Positions 48,615-62,730 of a stretch of DNA of 64,000 bases are shown one piece after another. Under the pieces are notes generated by a model. The model made no database searches. It worked only from the letters and a program-made list of their open reading frames with translations, and was not told where the DNA came from. The DNA comes from Octopus bimaculoides (lineage: Eukaryota), in NCBI RefSeq assembly GCF_001194135.2, contig NC_068987.1, forward strand, positions 26,502,166 to 26,566,165. Reading direction: 5' to 3'. The number at the start of each line of letters is the position of its first letter. The stretch's first letter is position 1. A program made the translations under genes and the position numbers.

Positions 48615-50080
48615 AAAATGGTAATGAACAAATTTGTAAACCAAATTCTGGTTATTACAATTCAGCTCTAGAGGAACAGGGAAAAGGAAAAAATTGAAAT
48701 TTCGTAAAACTAATAGCATTGAAAATAAATATAATACAACCCAACTTAACCAGGTAACTAATGCTAATAATAGGAAAGTTAATTGTGATAACAAAACTGA
48801 ATACCATGGAAATACCATTTATTCCAAAATACCAAAACTTAATACCATGGAAAATATAGTCGATGAGAATATTACAAATAGGATACGGTTAAGGATTATA
48901 ATAAACATATAAGTAAAAGATTTAACCATGAGCAAAATACAACATTCTAATTATGTTAAAAGCTATAACAAAGACTTTAACAATCGACTAATCAACTACT
49001 AAAAATACAAACACAATAAAATTAAACACAAAAACTTTAACACAATGAAAAGCAAAATTAAAACATTCACTCCAACCTTAAACAATAATGGCAGTCTAAA
49101 CCATAATTTGAAAAGCTGTTCTAAAGCTATGGACTGGAAGATAATACCTTTCGCTAAGCAAGTTACATCAAAAATACCTAGAATATTTTACGAAGCACTG
49201 AACGAATTTTTTCCGGTAACGAATAAAATACCATTAGTTATTTAATAAAAGAAAAATCAGAAACACATTCTCTTCACTCTAAAACTTTAGTTCAGATTAT
49301 AGCTGCCCACAACGTCGAACGAATTACGAAAGAACAGAACAATAACATTAGTAAGGTAAATAATAATGAAAACCAAAGTAAAGAATCTAATAATAATACT
49401 AATTATAAAAAGGATAATATGATTAATCCAAATCCTATTGAAAACACCACTAAGAAAATAAATAATGATCAAAGAGAAACCATTCAACTAGACAATTCTA
49501 TATATTCTATGACTAATAAACAAACACACGAGAAAGAATAGTGAATTTTATGAAAACAATAATAATGTAGATAATCAGCTAAAACATAAAGCAGACAGAA
49601 ACATTATTTAATTTACTAGCAAAAACGTAAATAACTCTATACACGTAAAATGTGATTGCTCTAAGAGAACGCAATGTAAATTCAAAGTGAACTGTAAAGC
49701 AAGAAATGTCGTCTATAGATGTATAGTAGTAACTGATAAAAATAAATATTACTATATCTTTGCTACCGCTTGCTTTATAAAACAAAGGATAGCAAATTAT
49801 GGAAGTTCGTGTAGAAATAATACTCAAAGATTTTCAACAGATCTTAGTAAACTCATGGTCGCTAAAGGATGAAAATATTAAATATTCATTAAAATAGGAA
49901 ATCATTAGTACTGCGAAACCTTATAAAATTGGGGACGAAAGATGCATTGTGTGCCTGCAGGAATTATACCAAATATTTACTTCCGAACATAAATTAGTTA
50001 ACACTAGACAAGAAGGAAGTTTTAATTGCTTAAACAAACATTTTATTTTCAAAAAGCTTAAATAATAGAATGCATTAATT
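48615..50080 (+). mobile_element. Penelope-like element, 5'-truncated ORF (RT thumb, linkers, GIY-YIG endonuclease), disrupted
   Basis: EQICKPNSGYYNSALEEQG; MDWKIIPFAKQVTSKIPRIFYEALNEFFP; KTLVQIIAAHN; KCDCSKRTQCKFKVNCKARNVVYRCIVVTDKNKYYYIFATACFIKQRIANY..STDLSKL; WSLKDENIKYSLK*EIISTAKPYKIGDERCIVCLQE..KLVNTRQE. The motif order matches PLE (Neptune-like) proteins. Confidence 0.8.
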
Positions 50081-50276
50081 TATGTAATATCTATAAACCT
50101 TCTTTCTAAACCTAACTATAACAACTATATTATTAAGACATATATTAAGAAAATAAGAATTAGATCAAATGTATAGGACTTTATTATATATAATTTGAAC
50201 TAAATACACTTTGAAGCATAAAGTGAAAAGTAATTAGGTAGAAGAATTGAAAGCAATCTGACTCGTTTTTTTTTTT

Positions 50277-50790
50277 ATAATCACGTGGTTATGGTTGATT
50301 AGAAATTATCCATACTACTATTAATAACGTTCACGAAATTCAAATAATACAATCAACTGTGAATTCCATCAAGATGCCTTGTGATTATAAATATGTAGAT
50401 TATAAATATGTATAAGTATGTAGACACATTCCAAAAATAAGTATTCTCTAAATAACCATTCCCAGCCTAACCAGGAACATATGTTGACCGCAGCAATCAC
50501 TGCTGCTGATGCTACTGAATTTCACCCAAACAAACAGTCGAAGAAAACATCTCATTGAGGAATGTTCAGACTTCACTACTGCTACCAAATCTAATTCAAA
50601 CTAATTGAGGAGGAAAATTTCTCTTCAAACGAAGTCAAGTTTCTTTGCCCTGAAAACATCGACTCAATAATGCATAAATCATAAATCGCAGCATATGAAT
50701 ATGCAACAATATGCTTTTGGTGCGATGGAAACACGTGTCGGACTTTCATTGTAACTGGAAATAAACAAAAATTTTGAATGCTTAAATTAT
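50277..50790 (+). repeat. Right arm of the long inverted repeat (PLE 3' region / putative pLTR)
   Basis: Imperfect reverse complement of 48142-48612. Inner ends are aaccacgtgatta and taatcacgtggtt. Runs into the gap at 50793. Confidence 0.92.
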
Positions 50791-51719
50791 ATNNNNNNNN
50801 NNNNNNNNNNNNNNNNNNNNNNNNNNNNNNNNNNNNNNNNNNNNNNNNNNNNNNNNNNNNNNNNNNNNNNNNNNNNNNNNNNNNNNNNNNNNNNNNNNNN
50901 NNNNNNNNNNNNNNNNNNNNNNNNNNNNNNNNNNNNNNNNNNNNNNNNNNNNNNNNNNNNNNNNNNNNNNNNNNNNNNNNNNNNNNNNNNNNNNNNNNNN
51001 NNNNTATATATATATATATATGTATGTATATAATTTCTAATATTGAAGGTCAGCTCGGTGATACCGCCATCATGTACAAACAATATTTAGAGTGAAATAA
51101 GTATTTTGTTAACGTAAATACGGATTTGTACTCAAGTTCTGTACAATCACAAATGGTTGACTGAATAGACAGGAGTCATGAAGGTTCCACATGGGTACAA
51201 ACGCTCCACCTATTGCACCCAATAAACTCCAGATCAAAGCGAAATGCGGGTTTCAGGTTAGGTGGATGATAAACAAAAAAAAACAATTCCTGTGTTATAT
51301 ATTTATACACAAACACACACACACACACTCACATACATATGCATAAATAACATCCATACATCAAACACACACACACATACGCATACACATACATGTTACT
51401 TATCATTTAACGACGCCCATGTAATTACTTAGGCTTTCATAAACAGACAAGAATTTGCCTTACTTTTCACACTAACTGAAGAATTAAGGTCGTAACAACA
51501 TTCAGTTTGAAAGATGTTTTGTTTTCTTGCTTCTGGGTACCAAATAAGCATGACAGGTAACTTGATGGATGTTGGAGAGCTGTGTTACTACGCTGTTTGC
51601 GATTGTATTTTTGGATACAGGGGATGTATTTATACCAATGTTAGCTTTCAATTGTAGAGAAGGCAACTCAATAATTCTACCTGGTGGTGGCGCAATATCA
51701 TTTTATGTGCTGTTATTGT

Positions 51720-51886
51720 ACAGTGCAAGAAAACTGTACAGGGCAAGTGTGGGGAGCCAAATTAAAGTGACGAAGGAAGAATATTGAAGATGACCAAAGA
51801 ACTGGACATACTGCAGCAGTCAACACTGAAGAAAACATTGATCGTTCTCATCACATGGTGTTGGATAACAGGCAATTGACTGTAAA
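51720..51886 (+). mobile_element. Short mariner transposase fragment, same family as 47085-47530
   Basis: IEDDQRTGHTAAVNTEENIDRSHHMVLDNRQLTVK aligns to VENDQRHCRPATDTTEEIIDRVHHMVLDIRQFTIK. Confidence 0.75.
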
Positions 51887-53519
51887 GTGTTGTTATTTGT
51901 CGAGTTAGAAAGACACTCAGCTTATCTTGATCTGTTGTTCACCACCAAACGCTACCATTAACAAACCATAACTTTGCATAGACTTAATATCATTCCCTTA
52001 TGCAAATCCACATAAATATACAACCTTCATCTTTGAAACATATATAGAGATATATTTATATACATATACATATTGTGTGCGCATATATATGTGGGTGTAT
52101 TCCTGTATGGTGTGTGTGTATGAAAGTATAAGTATAAGAAAAGAAGGTAAAATGATCACGGTATTCCACTAAATGGGACAAAAAAAAAACAACAAATAAT
52201 ATCTGGTCATTTTTTAAATCTTTGTTTTTAAAAGAATTCTTAAATTAATATAACACAAACAGGCATGCGATATTTTATAGCGATAGAAACCTCACATAGG
52301 ATTTATGGAGCGGAGCCTTTTGTTGTGTTATTTGTTTAAAATAACGATTCCACGTGGCAGGAACTGTAGAAAGCACACACGTTTGTAAGACAACTGTCGG
52401 GTTCTGCTAAAGTCACAATACCTTCTAAATTTCCAATTTTAATCACAGCGGAAATATTTTCTGCATAAAAGAAGCGGCTGTATTTTGTATCTAAATGAAA
52501 TATGTACAAAACAAACTCCCTCTGTACTAAAAGTTACTGCTACTCAAAGAAAAGAATAAAACCGAAAACGCGCGAAAAATCGAAAACAAAAAGTAAACTA
52601 TATAGAAACGAACGGAAATACAAAAACGGACATGAGAACAATAGGCAGAAAGGAAATAGAACCACATCTTCATTTTTCGAATGGAGTTTTTGATAAAAGA
52701 TAAATAATAAGTAAAAATTGTATCATTAAGTTTGATGTATGAAAAACCTAAAAAGATGTTTAATGAATGAAAGTTACTGTATATTATAACAGTGCCGAAG
52801 TTTATATATTTTTTCCTTCTCCTCGAAACTGCAAGCAGGTCAAGCCGTACATATCAATCAATATATTAGATATGCAGTAGTACAAGTGAATTAATGTATT
52901 CATGCAATGCATTCTATAATCTTATAATGTTGCATCTATCGTATCAGTTATCAGTCGACAAAATCACGACTAGAACTTTATCTTTCTCTCTCTCACTCTA
53001 TCTCCATTTCTGCGTGTATATGTATGCATGTATGTATGAATGCATGCACGCATGTTTTTGATGGATATTTGTATGTATTAATGTAGATAAATGTGTTTGG
53101 CATTGAATGTGACATATTTGCATGAGATGTAACTAAGCCCAGTAAGATCACAATGTTTAATGTCTCACTTCTTCACTTTAGCACGTTAGTACAAAACTGA
53201 CGCCAAGGAATTAGTAATTAAAGACTGAATACAATGCTTTTTTGTGTAACTAATTTATGCAGATATTCTGCTTAGGAGTTAAGGGCATAAAAGCACAATA
53301 AACTGTATTTGTAAACTGACATCTAAACACTGGAGTAAACATATTATATGCTGTCCATGCAAACTGGGAAAGGTGAAACGCCACCAGCATATTCGTTCTC
53401 TCTCTCACACAAACGAATTGAGGAATTTTGGGCTTCATACATACATGCATACGTAGATACATGCATATTTCACACACACATATATCTATATATGAATGTA
53501 TATATAAATATACATACAT

Positions 53520-54370
53520 ACAAACTGTATTCTCTGAGGTAAAAGACCATCGTAAGAGCCTTACAACGGTATGGCTTGATTATGGGAAGGCATTTGACTC
53601 TATTCCTCACTCACGAGTGCTGAAATGTTTCTACTTGCCGAAAGTGTCTGCTACCTTAATTGCTGCCATTGAGAGACTCAAAAAGACTTCGGCAACAATC
53701 TTCACGCTTAGAAAAGAGAATGAAACGACTGTCTCTAATGTCATAAATATTTCAAAGGGAATATTTCAGGGAGATAATTTCTCTGTAAATCTGTTCATTT
53801 TGGCGTTAAATCCATTATCATTTCTGTTACAAAAAACAAACAGCTACATTCTAGGATCTGCACCTGGAAGAGATAACTCATAATTCCTTTGTGGATGACC
53901 TCAATGTTAACAATGCTATAAAGCAACTGGAATTAATAACATTTTCAGCTGACGTAGGGATGGAATTTGGGCAGAAGAATTGTTCTTATTTGATTGTTGA
54001 ATTGGAAAAAAAATCAGACCTCTCAGACACAAAATCTATGCATCAATGATCTCACTATCTCTCCTGTTCCACACATAGAATGCTACAATTACCTAAGCAT
54101 TGATGAAAATATATATTAAGAAGGTACTGTGAATAAAGTTACAGTGATCCAAGAATATTACACCTAAGAAAAATATATCAGTCTGAACTCTCCTTTTATA
54201 ACAAGACAAATCCCACAATGCATTTGCATTACTAGTGATGATTTCAACCTTTGGGATATTTGACAGGTCTATAGAAGAAATTCACTTCTAAGACACTAAA
54301 AGCCGCAAGATTCGTCCGGAAATCTGCACAAAAATAGTAATATCGACAAGCCCTACCTATGTGAATATCT
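53520..54370 (+). mobile_element. R4/Dong-clade LINE reverse transcriptase core, disrupted
   Basis: VWLDYGKAFDSIPH, KGIFQGDNFSVNLFILALNPLS, FVDDL, FSADVGMEFGQKNC, YNYLSI, TFGIFDRSIEEI..DTKSRKI and LHKNSNIDKPYL. Confidence 0.88.
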
Positions 54371-54779
54371 GAAAATCAAAGAGTAAGTTGATAACTATGG
54401 ATAACTGCTTCGAAAACCTCCTGTGTGTATGTGTGTGTGCGTTTGTGTGAGTGTGTGCGTGTGTCACCAGAGGTTTTTCCAAAATTGCTATCTCTGAAGA
54501 GCATTCGGTGTTATTTAACTATGCTGTTACCTAACATCCAGTTGGTTAATACACAGTGTGAAACAGATCAAGAACAGATTAAGATCATCTACTGTAAACG
54601 TAGATTAATACATACTTCAATATATNNNNNNNNNNNNNNNNNNNNNNNNNNNNNNNNNNNNNNNNNNNNNNNNNNNNNNNNNNNNNNNNNNNNNNNATAT
54701 ATATATATATATATATATATACATACTTTATAGAGGAAAGGAGTACCTAATACGTGATGGAGAGTAAATTGTGTATTTA

Positions 54780-55508
54780 AACTAAATTCCTTTTCTCATC
54801 ACTTGGATATAGCGTTACTTCGATATTCCAACTGCTTTATTTTCGGTAATCAAATATGGTTTTATATAAATGAGAGCAGTATTTTTTCTCTTGTATACAC
54901 TTATAAATTTAGTTGACCTTTAATTTATCAAATATCTTAAACTCTGGTAGCTTCCATTTAACTTGTAGGTTTATGCTTGCTCTGTTTACAAATACCGGTC
55001 ATTTATAAAATCATTGTCTCGTTATCGAATCGAGTTTCATTGGTTGATTCAGCTACTATATTGTCTCTGCCTCCCGATTATGTCACAATATACTGGTTCT
55101 TCATTTCTTGTTTTCTCGTTGTAGTATGTGTCATGTCTCTGCTTGTCGATTAATGCATCATATCCTGTTTCACTAAAATTATTATGACCACTTCATAAAT
55201 TCTTATTTGATATCTGATGACGCTAAATTTGCTTTATCATATTCATGTTTTATCACATACATATTAAATGTGGTGGATGTATTTGATATATGTAATATCG
55301 CTACATTATCATCGACTTTCCGTATGTTAATTGTTGCGTCTGTTGTTGACGCCGTCATATATTCATTTCTTTTCCTGTCATTGTTCCGTCATCAGATGTT
55401 ACCATAACTGCATTTCAGACAAATATAAAAAACACATATGTTATACATGTTTATGCGTTATAACATTTCCCTTTTTTCGAGGGGCAATCATGTTTGTTCC
55501 GTAATGAT

Positions 55509-55541
<33 letters not shown>

Positions 55542-55567
55542 CACACACACACACACACATACACACA

Positions 55568-55606
<39 letters not shown>

Positions 55607-56330
55607 ACACACAGACACATGCACACACATGCATCAAACACTCGTTCAAACAGCCACACACGAACGAACACACGTACACATCGAACATTGCACATACACA
55701 TCGAACATTGCACATACACTCACACACGAACACAGACAGTCAGACAGAGACATCCACACGCACCCATACACATCCATGTGGGACTATATGTATATATTAT
55801 TTTCGTATAGTTCCAAATATACATCAAAAGAGGGTATTTTTCATGTTGCAAATAATTCAGTAACAATTGTATATATCTTGCATTGTCTTCAGCTGTTAGC
55901 TGTGTTTGTCCCTTCTCACATGATAAAATTTTGAATAAGAATGGCTATTCTTACATACATTGTGGAGTATTTCGTAATTATAATTAGGAAGATTTTTGGA
56001 AGTTACATTTTGGGCAGGTTCAGGTAGGTGATTTTGCTGGTTTTCTATGTGCATTGGATATGTATTCTTCTAGTTCTTTTAATCCGCTGGTTCTCAAGGC
56101 TTTATTGATAAATGGTGCAGTTAGGTCGGATATTTGGTTGCTGGGTTACACGGCAAAGATTCTCTGGCATATGCTGCTAATTAGGTTTTTGTATTACTGA
56201 ATGTGAGTAGTTGCAATGTTTGTTGATATATAACAGCACTTCACTCAGTTTTCTATATGTTGGTCTTTAGTTTGGTAAGATTAGGTGTCATATCTTGACA
56301 ATAATACACAGTACTTTCCCTTATACAAAA
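54780..56330 (-). mobile_element. Penelope-like element fragment (RT thumb to GIY-YIG C-terminus), very decayed, interrupted by a (CA)n-rich array at about 55505-55770
   Basis: LLYINKHCNYSHSVI / NLISSICQRI..TAPFINKALRTSG (56000-56250, clear). EKYPLLMYIWNYTKIIYTYS and NLQVKWK..CIQEK..RNKAVGISK are weaker. Confidence 0.55.
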
Positions 56331-57198
56331 AAGTTCTTGATATGATCGATGTGCTCTTAGGAAAAATATAATTATGTAACAGATATTCATTTTGAATAGA
56401 AGGAGTAAGGTTATATCACTTTGTAGATATCAGAATAAATTTACTTTTAAAATTGGTCCGATTATACGGCAGCAGTCGAAACCGTCGAGGAACTGACAGC
56501 GCGATAAAAGTCAACGCATGTGGAAATCCAAATTACCCAACAAATACAACTCTAAGTATATGTATGGACGTTGTTTTCTGTGTCTGTGATTGCTGGGAAC
56601 AGTAAATTTCCGAAATGTTTCTTCAGCGATTCCAAAACTATCATGTTGTTATTTAATGGGCAATGTAGTCATTGCTCTTATATGTGTGTTGTCGTCTTAT
56701 AATAAACAGAAGCAATAGTTTAAGTGCTGATGGTTGATATTGCAGATGCAACTTGAAATTTTTTCAATTAGTATTTACTTGCTTCAATCAGAGATTTTGC
56801 TTGTGATTCGTGTATTTTATATAAATTTTAATTATAACAAATGTAATTTATAATACCACTTTGTTGTCCCGTTTATGCTGCTTCCATCATTTCCCCGCTA
56901 TTTTGTGCAGTATGTTGTATATGAGGAATTTTTGTTACTAATGTTTTCTTATGTGTTTTATTTAGGCGGTTGAAGACAAACTGAAAGCAGTTTAGAAAAT
57001 ATAAATATATAAATTCACACGACAAAACAGAAAATAAAAGCCTGATTCAAATTAGACATTAGTCAGGGTATATGAAATGCAGAAGTCTATATTCGACAGT
57101 TAAAAGAAAATACTCATAAATCTTTAATTCATAAGCATTTATTAAATAATACTTCATAACCTCCTACTGACATTTCCCAAACGAATTAAACAGCAAAA

Positions 57199-57413
57199 TG
57201 GTTCCAAATATTGGTAGAAGGCCAGGAATTTCTGGGGGTGGGGTTACGTCAATAATATCGACCCCAGTCCGCAACTGGAAGTCATTTTATCTACTCCAAA
57301 AGGATGAAAGGCAAAGTTATCATCGGTGCTAATTTGAACTATGAGCTTAAAAGCTGAAGAAAAGCAGTTAAACATTTTGCCCGACGTGCTGAAAATCTTT
57401 CCAGTTTGCCACC
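57199..57413 (-). mobile_element. tRNA-derived SINE family B
   Basis: ggttccaaatattgg..atcgaccccagt..aggatgaaaggcaaagtt..aatttgaac..cattttgcccgacgtgct..ccagtttgccacc. Confidence 0.8.
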
Positions 57414-58129
57414 TTAAATTAAACAGCAATATTGAAACAAAAGAAAATCTACAAAGGATTAACGACTCTATCAAGACAAAAAGAAACTTCCTTTAATCCC
57501 TCATAGCATATGTAAACATTCAGAACATATTACTAAACGCAACACATTACAAATTACAGTAAACATACAAAATATGCTTCTCTTACTTATATATGGGAGT
57601 CGCTATAGCAGTTGTATTTAGCACGCAGAAGGCGTCCTTCAGATATTTTCTTTCGTCCATATAGTTCGTATTTCTACCTAAGGTCACTACCGTCCCCCGA
57701 TTTCTATATATTCTAAACATTTTTACGATAAGCCAGCTTATTCAAATATATTTTGTAGAACAAGTTTCCTAATACTGTATTTCTTGAAAGCCAACTCCTG
57801 TTGGTTTTCTGGACAATATCTACTCCCAAATGAATCGTTTTCACATTATAAAAGATTTTCAATAAATTGATTTTATCAAATACATCCCATCAGCTCGTTT
57901 TGGGTTATACATCCTAAGCAACCTTGGGGGAAAAAAATTGTCTTCCGACTGCATAAATACTCTTAGGTAATCGATTGTTTTTTCCAAATCGCTATGAAAA
58001 AGGCTAGGGAAATATTAAAAAAAAACATCAATCCTATACAAAATGCCAAAATGTCTTTTGGAAAGCGCGCGCGCACACACACAATACACATACATATATA
58101 CATCTCCGTCTCTCTCTGGCTATCTCTCT

Positions 58130-58172
<43 letters not shown>

Positions 58173-60969
58173 CATTTCTGTGTCTCTGTGACTGTATGTG
58201 TACATATGCATACAATTATCAGTAAAGAATGTATGCTATTGTCAATAGTTTCTATTTATATATTCATAGATACAACATGAATAACATTAAACAATGGATG
58301 TACAGAAATATCCTGAATTTCTGTTTCGTTTGTTTATTTGCCAATGGGGAAACTGTCACACCTTTGACAGCATTTACCTGACAGAAAAAATAATAAACGT
58401 ATTTATCATATTATTTCAATTTTTCCGTATGTAGTGATGTGATTGTGAAATTATATACAGATATCTAATTATAGAAGAACATTAAATCTCAAAGTGTTGA
58501 AGCATTATTTTATTTGCATGAAATTGACCTATGCCTAGTGAGACCAAAAATGTTTATTATTTTGAAAACAACAATAATTTAATGTACATTTGCACAAGTG
58601 TTCAAAGAAATATGTGCACATACTTACAGTCACCCCCCCCCCACACCCTGTCTTTTTGTATTATTGTTTGCCAGTTCAATAATCCATTTTGTCATTTATT
58701 CACTAGTCGCTGGAAATTTCATCTGCATGAAGTTTATTCAAAGAATGTCTGTTCAACTCCTGCTAGTTAAGAAGGCTTTTACGTGAATACTGCAAATGGT
58801 TAACATTGCTTTTTATCCTATATGCAAGGATATCGGATCAGAAACCGTACGGCGTTTGTCCAGCCTCATTGGGTGGTAGTCTTAATCCCTCACCTTGTCA
58901 CTTGGGTTTAGCAGACCCCACTGTGTTGTAGGTATTCGAACTAAGCTTCTGGTAGGAGAATAATCTTCCTCCCACCCATCCTTCCACCAGTTTCCAAGGG
59001 TTTGTAATGGATCATGGACTCTGCCTTGCCTCTTGATTACAGAACCGTTAAAACATTAATTTTACCGTAGTAAGTTTCATCTATTGTAGTAAGTCACATC
59101 TAACCATGATAGAACCATTACCATTACACCATTCATTATAATCATGTTTAATTAAACGTCCTATTTCGATAGTATAAACTGATCAGTATCTTTTACGTAA
59201 AATAGTTTTTATCCCATCACCTACAATAGTCTTAAATGTAAACCACAAAGCTGAAAATTCAAATCTAGTTAAAGTTCAGAACTGAGATGAGTGGTTCTTT
59301 TGAGAAACCGCTCTATGCTGTTACTCGTTGCGATATAAAACGAAGGACTACCATCTGACAAAAAACAAACAAAAAGAAAACATTCACATGCAGTCATTGA
59401 TATATTAATGAATGAAATTGTCATCATTAGAATATATTCCATCCCATATATATTCTCTACGTGTGACTTGGGGATAAAACAATAGCATTCTATATTTTCA
59501 AATGGCATGTGGACGTTGCATATTTATCGAAAAGATAGTGAAATGCATGGACCCTCAACACCTTTGTCAATAATTTATATATTCCTTAGTCGCTTTCCTT
59601 GCTTAGTTTGAATATTTCATTGAAAGACTCTTCTTTTTCATAAATATTCAATAGCGTAAGGTGAAATATGTATATTATCATCTTATTATCCTCCTCATTT
59701 GGTCCATATTCTGCATGGTGAGAATATTTAGAAACAAAGATAATGTGAACAGACAATATTTTCATAATCGATTTAGCAACGTATCATCTGAAAATAAAGT
59801 GAATTTAAAGGGGTTAAGCATCGGAATTGTAGTGGATGTACATCCTGAATGCATTGAATTCGTTCGCAGGATGGTTGTAACGGCGCTTTAAGATGAAGTA
59901 AACTATAACATTTTAGATATATCTTTTCCAATGAAGGGCACTGTCCTAAATTTCAATTTTGAATCTCATATCATACAAGGAATTATGATAATCACCTACG
60001 CAATGAATCATTAATATGTGTTTCTATACTATTCAAAGCTGATTATGCCCCTATGGAGCCGACGAGTGTAACAAGAATCCAATTTATTCTTCATTAAATA
60101 TCCTCTAGTTCTTTCATCTACAAGATCAATAGAGTAATCTATGATTCGGTACTGTTACATGCAGAGACGTATCTATCAATAAACTGATAATTTATAAATA
60201 TAATCAAATTTAGAAAGATTATATGTATTAGTAGTCTCGTAAGGTAATAATTTAAACGATAGTTTACAATATAAAAGTAACCAAATTCTGAAATCTTGTT
60301 AAGAGCCGATTTGTAAAAATCAAAAGAAAAAGTAGAAATCGAAAATAATATTAAAATTTTAATGAGGCATTAGATGTAGATTAACTCATTACGTAGTACT
60401 TCTTTTTATTTCATATATTATAGAAAAATGTTCAGCTTTTCCTTATTCATTTTCTGGATTATTTAACGAATTACTTTAGTGTGAGATAAATTTTCTTTGA
60501 CTTGAATTTAATTAATCGATATTTATAAGGAAAGTTTCACTGACTCGTTTCCAATTAAACCAGTTATCATATACATGTGTGTCAATAATATTTATCGACT
60601 TGTAGATTTGGACGTAATTTGCATTACTTGGATGTTTTATAATACATCCCAAAATTTTGTTTCAACAATCAATTACATATCAATAATAATTCCTACAATA
60701 AATAAAGCAGCTGATAGATTAAGTGGTTACGTGATGGTCTTTAGCTTCACAAAATATATCAGAATGAACACAGAAGTTATGTAATATATTCTGTGATCAG
60801 AGATTAAGTAGAGAGTGATCTTTCTAATTAGCTGTGGAACAATGATATGAAACTGATATACAGAATTACAGACTTAAAAAAAAAAACACGACGGATTATA
60901 TTTTTACTATACAGTAATTATGAAAATTCGTTTTATATTTCTAGGTTCATGCTAAAATCGAATGTCTAC

Positions 60970-60978
60970 ATCTATCTA

Positions 60979-61052
<74 letters not shown>

Positions 61053-61073
61053 CCTACCTACCTACCTACCTAC

Positions 61074-61126
<53 letters not shown>

Positions 61127-61165
61127 CATCTATCTATCTATCTATCAATCTATTTGTCTGTCTGT
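60970..61165. repeat. Compound (TATC)n-(TACC)n-(TATC)n-(TGTC)n array
   Basis: Directly visible. Confidence 0.95.
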
Positions 61166-62189
61166 CTGTCTGTCTATGTCTATATTATATTAGTCGAATG
61201 ATATATTTATTGATTGTGTTATGTTCTAGTGTTCTAGAAAATTATGATGAGTAGATAACTGGGGATCTTTTACCTAAAAGGGACAATTTGACTGTCTCAT
61301 CTATTCTACTTCATCGCAAGAGGGGAGTCATTCTATTACATAACTCCTTGAAGGTTATAAATAATGAAGCAGCAGAATTGCATTTTATTCATTCACTTCG
61401 TACTTATGAAATTATATAGACGTATATACGTATTTCAATCTGAAATGGATTTCCTCAATATAGAGCCGAACGCAAGTATCATTTAAGTGAATACAGTTAT
61501 TGAATAAGAAAAATATGAGGTAGTTAAGTGAGAAATGAGAATCAATACACACAGACACACACAAACACACACAGAGTTCAAATTTACAGAAAACAATAGA
61601 CGAAGACAGGTGACGGAACAAGAAGCAGGTATATTAGTTTAACGTTTGAGAAAAATGGAAGAGGTTTTTACATCTCAACCCTACGCTCTGCCACAGAATG
61701 GATTAAGACGAAAAGAAGGAGAGAGAATGAAAAGAAATGGAGGGACGAAAAAATGTTTTAGGGTTTAATGATGAAAAGGCCGGAAGAAAAAGGATGGATG
61801 AAAGAGATTTAATAACGGTGACCTGGCCGAACGAATAGGCTCAAGCGCGTGTGTGCATGTCAGAATGGTGTGTATTTATGAATAAGGGCAAATGCGTGAT
61901 TATCTCTGTGTAGGCGAGCTGAAAAATATGTGACGCGTGTGTGTATGTGTTTCAGTGACCCAGTGCATACGTTATGTGGAGTGATATGCGTTACTTGTAC
62001 TGGTATGTATGTGTGAGCGCCTATGGACGTGTGCACGTATGTGTGCGGTTATCATGTGTGTATATGTAAACGCATTGGCCTGGGTGTGCGTCTGTACAAG
62101 TAAATTTGAGTGTACAAGTAAACCTGGGCTGATGTGGTGAATTTGTGTGTATATGCGCGTGGATGGACGTGTGTATATGTGTGAGGCTA

Positions 62190-62233
<44 letters not shown>

Positions 62234-62387
62234 GTGTGTGTGTGTATGTAAATATTCAAAATAGCCAAACTATCTGGATTCTCTTAAAGGATCTCAGTTC
62301 CGGCACCTAGCAAAACAGTTCCCGTATACAGAATGAGCGAAATTTCTATTCAATATGTATAGAGAACAGTACTGTATTTCAGTCCAT

Positions 62388-62485
62388 TTCAAATTCCGCC
62401 GAGGTAGACTTTGCCTTTCATTCTTCCCAAAAAATTCCCCCTACAAAAAATTTCAGCCTTGTGCCTAGAGTAGAAAAGATCATAT
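62388..62485 (+). mobile_element. SINE family B, partial with internal deletion
   Basis: ttcaaattccgccgaggtagactttgcctttcattc..cccc..aaaatttcagccttgtgcctagagtagaaaagat. Confidence 0.7.
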
Positions 62486-62685
62486 TCATACTTGGAATGA
62501 AATCTGAACACATTTGTTTCTATGAACACAGACATATGCGCGCGCGCAAACATACACACATGCACACACATGTTTATATGTATATACATCTATATCTATA
62601 TACATATATCTAGGCATCTATATATATATATAGGTATGTTAAAGCTGTCTGTCTCTCGGCTCTCTTTCTATGTATAAATACATAC

Positions 62686-62730
<45 letters not shown>

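Noticed and set aside
50495-50540. CTGATGC-TACTG...CAGTC-GAAG in the right inverted arm, as a hammerhead
   Set aside because: Both arms share the non-consensus bases (C at core position 9, no GAAA), so it is unlikely to be a decayed ribozyme.
56550-56780. Possible additional PLE GIY-YIG start (HCPLNNN..ITDTENNVHTYT) on the minus strand
   Set aside because: Suggestive but too short and out of order relative to the adjacent fragment; left uncalled.
59661-59891. 76-aa non-repetitive ORF
   Set aside because: No recognisable domain, near-cognate start and no splice context; the length is expected by chance.
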